Part shown: piece by piece, positions 56,875 to 59,905 of the stretch
Layout: each line of letters opens with the position of its first letter
How positions within the stretch are numbered: the stretch's first letter is position 1
Source of the DNA: a virus
Lineage: Duplodnaviria; Caudoviricetes
Direction: 5' to 3' (one strand)
IMG/VR virus record: IMGVR_UViG_3300020152_000026
Span: 1 to 59,905 of that record
DNA: 59,905 bases
The notes under the pieces: model-generated
The model's database searches: none
Seen by the model: the letters and a program-made list of their open reading frames with translations, nothing else
Told to the model about the DNA's origin: nothing
Made by a program: the position numbers and the translations under genes

Positions 56875-57126
56875 ATGGAAAACGTACATAGAAAACAGGC
56901 TTATGCAGAATTAAATTATGCACAACGTCAGGTGTATCTTGCAATAAAGAAATATATACGTGATAACGGTTATTCACCTACATATCGGGAATTGTGCGAA
57001 TTAACAAATTATAGTTCTGTTAGTACAGTATCAAAATATATAGATGTTTTAGTTAAGTTGGACTTAATTACTGCGGAAGAAGGCAAGCCACGAACAATTA
57101 AGGTTTTGCCATTTTTAAAGGGGTGA
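56875..57126 (+). CDS. LexA-like winged-helix DNA-binding domain (no protease domain)
   Basis: QRQVYLAIKKYIRDNGYSPTYRELC..SSVSTV..L..PRTIKV. Confidence 0.85.
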   Translation: MENVHRKQAYAELNYAQRQVYLAIKKYIRDNGYSPTYRELCELTNYSSVSTVSKYIDVLVKLDLITAEEGKPRTIKVLPFLKG

Positions 57127-57134
57127 GAAAATAA

Positions 57135-57740
57135 ATGGGCGGTCAAAGATACAACAAAGGCATGACAGATCAGAAACTGAGCGAACAAATGAAATATCTA
57201 TTTGAAATTGAAGGTATGACACTTAGCAAAATTAGGGACAAAATGCATTTGACTTCTGAGAGGTTCAAGCAATTACGAAACATGACAGAGTTAAAACGTG
57301 AATGTAAAAAGTGCGGTAAAAAGTTTGTATTTGAGATTTCACAACGATTTTGTCCTGCATGTGTTGCAGCAGATCCTAAAATAGCAGATAAGAGAAAGAG
57401 AAACAAGGCACATTCTGACAGAAACCGTAGGTTTGAGGATAAGGTAGAAGTTATCGAAGCGAAGAAGCCAAAGTATCACAAAGTTCCTGAATTACATATT
57501 GGTGATGTTATAAATATCAAGCTTAAAAAAGATAAACGGAATCGTGGCATATACGAAAGCCCTAGCGATTATCATATTGAAAATGGAACGGTCACAGAAA
57601 TGTATCATCATGGTTTTTTAGTAGTCAGTGACAATAACGTGAGAGATTTTATAAGCTTCACAGAGGTAAAAATAGGCAAGTATATGATAAGTATAGCCGG
57701 GCAAGCAATAAATGAATACAGGGCGGTTGTGAACGTGTGA
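57135..57740 (+). CDS. hypothetical protein with HTH-like and Zn-finger motifs
   Basis: CKKCGK..FCPAC. Confidence 0.55.
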   Translation: MGGQRYNKGMTDQKLSEQMKYLFEIEGMTLSKIRDKMHLTSERFKQLRNMTELKRECKKCGKKFVFEISQRFCPACVAADPKIADKRKRNKAHSDRNRRFEDKVEVIEAKKPKYHKVPELHIGDVINIKLKKDKRNRGIYESPSDYHIENGTVTEMYHHGFLVVSDNNVRDFISFTEVKIGKYMISIAGQAINEYRAVVNV

Positions 57741-57755
57741 GAGGGGATAATATAA

Positions 57756-57893
57756 ATGAATCTTAAATTAAGAATAAGTTTTAAAGATTTAGTGAGATTA
57801 TTTTTTGGACAAAGTATATTAATCATGTGTCCATACAATCAAACGATATATAGAATTGCAAAAGGTGATTCGACTTACATCTGTAAGCATTAA
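57756..57893 (+). CDS. small hypothetical protein (45 aa)
   Basis: GAGGGG RBS; MNLKLRISFKDLVRLFFG. Confidence 0.4.
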   Translation: MNLKLRISFKDLVRLFFGQSILIMCPYNQTIYRIAKGDSTYICKH

Positions 57894-57905
57894 GGGGGTG
57901 CGTGA

Positions 57906-58445
57906 ATGGATAAAACAGTAAAGGAACTATTAATATCATATAGGCATAACAAAAGCAGGGTAGAAGTGTTAAATGTTCGTATTGATGAACTAAATAAGCA
58001 GATAGAATATAATAAGAAAATGTTTATCGAGGACGAACACGAAGCAATTGAAGGTTTAGCAACTCCGGCAGCATTGATTGACGATATGCCTAAGTCTATA
58101 ACAAATCTGAATAGTGATCCTACGTCACGAATAGCAATAGCATATGCAAAAGACTTAGTTTGCACTAATGAAATTGACCTGCTAGATGCCAAGATAGAGA
58201 TTGCAGAAAAGAAAGAGGAAAAAGAGCGGCTTGATACAGAAATTAAGCTAGTAGATGCGCTTTTAACTTCGCTCAGTGCAGAGCAAAAGTTAGTTGTAGA
58301 CAAGTTTTATATTGAGGGCATGATTTGGCGGTATGTCGGCAAAGAATATGAGAAAAAATTTGGAGAGTTTAGACATAACGAAACACTAAAAGAAATAAGA
58401 GATTGTGCAATACTAGAAATGGAAAATGTAAAAGCAGGGGTCTAA
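57906..58445 (+). CDS. RinA/ArpU-like late transcription activator
   Basis: VKELLISYR..DPTSRIA..LSAEQKLVVDKFYIEGMIW; last gene of the early operon. Confidence 0.75.
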   Translation: MDKTVKELLISYRHNKSRVEVLNVRIDELNKQIEYNKKMFIEDEHEAIEGLATPAALIDDMPKSITNLNSDPTSRIAIAYAKDLVCTNEIDLLDAKIEIAEKKEEKERLDTEIKLVDALLTSLSAEQKLVVDKFYIEGMIWRYVGKEYEKKFGEFRHNETLKEIRDCAILEMENVKAGV

Positions 58446-58460
58446 TTACCCTTGCTTTTT
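58431..58460 (+). terminator. intrinsic terminator
   Basis: AAAGCAGGG..CCCTTGCTTT plus T-run. Confidence 0.65.
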
Positions 58461-58474
58461 ATTTTAAATATAAG

Positions 58475-58503
58475 CACTGCGGAAACACTGCGGAAACACT
58501 GCG
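58475..58503 (+). repeat. 11-bp tandem repeats, likely late-activator binding site
   Basis: CACTGCGGAAA-CACTGCGGAAA-CACTGCG right after the activator gene and before TATAAT boxes. Confidence 0.7.
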
Positions 58504-58589
58504 ATTTTGACCTCTTTTGCATATATAATAGATGTAGTATAATATAATCAGGCAATTGAATAAGACCTCACAAAATACATTTTAACAGA

Positions 58590-58627
58590 AAAATAACGCT
58601 GTTTGACCCCCGCAGCGTTATTTTTTT
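58590..58627 (+). terminator. hairpin/terminator in the late leader
   Basis: AAAATAACGCTG..CAGCGTTATTTT plus T-run. Confidence 0.6.
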
Positions 58628-58742
58628 ATGCAATCATTTTTTCATTTTACCCTCCTTTATTTGCCTTAGCTGATTGCTGGGGCATTGGTATTTACTGCAA
58701 TTGCAGATAATATATAATTTAATAAAGAAAGGCGGTTTTGAT

Positions 58743-59390
58743 ATGCCGGCTAAAATTACAACGTATGCACAAGCATTTGAATTGCTTGGGATTACGAACA
58801 ATGAAAAAATGCAACAAACAATCGAAAGGTTAACAAAAGAAGGGCATTCTGAAAAGGGAATTTGCTTTTCTATATGGAGATCGCAAGATAAGTTACTTAA
58901 ATTCAAAGGAGATCAAAGATTTTATTCTGTACTTGAAAACGAAGTGAGAAAATATTCATGGCCTAAAGATGACCCAAGATGGCAGGCTTATGTAATAAAT
59001 AAGGCTAAAGAAGAAATTTTAAATGCAGAAATAGAAGAAAATAAAAAGAAACTTGCTGAAAAACTCAAAATAATTGAATATCAGAAAGCATTAAGAAAAA
59101 AGCCCAATGGAAATGAAAAGGGCTTTATTTATTTTGTGCAAGGTGAAAACGGTGGCGCAATAAAAATTGGATACACAAAAGACGTAGAAAGCAGATTAAA
59201 AGCATTGCAAACAGGTTATCCGGACACATTGAAAGTTATTTGTTTGCTGCCTGGTAACGAAAAAAAAGAAAAAGCTTTGCATTATAAATATCGTAATATT
59301 CAATTAAGGGGCGAATGGTTCAAGCCTGATAATATTTTGCTGAATGATATAGCAAAATGGACTAAGGAAGTGAGCCATTTTGAATTATAA
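58743..59390 (+). CDS. GIY-YIG / T5orf172-family nuclease
   Basis: GFIYFVQ..IKIGYTKDVESRLKALQTG..EKALH..RGEWF. Confidence 0.85.
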   Translation: MPAKITTYAQAFELLGITNNEKMQQTIERLTKEGHSEKGICFSIWRSQDKLLKFKGDQRFYSVLENEVRKYSWPKDDPRWQAYVINKAKEEILNAEIEENKKKLAEKLKIIEYQKALRKKPNGNEKGFIYFVQGENGGAIKIGYTKDVESRLKALQTGYPDTLKVICLLPGNEKKEKALHYKYRNIQLRGEWFKPDNILLNDIAKWTKEVSHFEL

Positions 59391-59905
59391 CAAATTAATA
59401 AGAGAAGTGCCTTATTTTCAAGCACCAAATAGTATATTTGATATAAATCTCAATTCATTTGAAATAACAATATATTTGTATTTATGTAGATGTTCCAACA
59501 ATGCAGAATCAGCATTTCCTAGTTACAATACAATATCAAAAAAAAGTGGAATATGCAAAAGAAAAGTCATTGACACTATAAAATCACTTGAAAGTAAACA
59601 GTTAATCAGAAAAATAGTGCGGAAGAAAAGCAATTGCGATAATGAGAGTAATGTATATGAAATTATAATACCTAGTGCACAACATGCACTACCTAGTGAA
59701 CAAGATGCACCCAATAAAGAACCAACTATAAACGATAAATTTAGTTTAAAAGATATAGATGGATTTGCTGCAGAATACTCAAAAATATTTAAGCAATATA
59801 CAGGCAAATATCACCCGAGAGTATCAGCAGAGCAAAAAGATATTATATTAGCCGAAATGGTCGCTCTTGCGTGTAATGGTGTCAATTTAGAGCAGTTTAT
59901 ATCAG
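59380..59905 (+). CDS. HTH_36-like replication-initiator-type protein, running off the window end
   Basis: TTG 59380: YFQAPNSIFD..IYLYLCRCSNN..AFPSYNTISKKSGICKRKVIDTIKSLE..SNVY; open to the end. Confidence 0.75.
   Translation, partial: MNYNKLIREVPYFQAPNSIFDINLNSFEITIYLYLCRCSNNAESAFPSYNTISKKSGICKRKVIDTIKSLESKQLIRKIVRKKSNCDNESNVYEIIIPSAQHALPSEQDAPNKEPTINDKFSLKDIDGFAAEYSKIFKQYTGKYHPRVSAEQKDIILAEMVALACNGVNLEQFIS

Overview
The window looks like a (near-)complete ~60 kb temperate phage genome from a low-GC, spore-forming Firmicute, probably Clostridia. It has a podovirus-type virion module: terS, terL, P22-like portal, scaffold, capsid, tail adaptors, and giant ejection proteins with no tape measure. 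No integrase is present. Instead it carries a Tn3-type serine resolvase with res sites and a minus-strand block encoding Rep, ParA plus partner, an FtsK/SpoIIIE ATPase, a replication-relaxation protein and SpoIIIAC-like small membrane proteins, consistent with a phage-plasmid. Next come a CI/Cro switch with three AGTG-N10-CAYT operators, nearby Spo0A-like and LexA-like boxes, lytic replication/recombination genes, and a ~9 kb array of small accessory ORFs. The last ORF joins in frame to base 1, suggesting a circular molecule. Most notable observations: (1) the FtsK/relaxase/SpoIIIAC-like module next to tandem Spo0A boxes, a possible sporulation-coupled DNA transfer system; (2) a TTTA(A/G)CG(A/T)A motif at about 13 gene junctions of the accessory array; (3) three proteins sharing an N-terminal anchor, one with its cargo bounded by degenerate direct repeats; (4) a frameshift inside the terL Walker A motif; (5) a 2648-aa polyvalent ejection protein containing an adenine methyltransferase. 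All family assignments come from motif recognition by eye, not from database searches.
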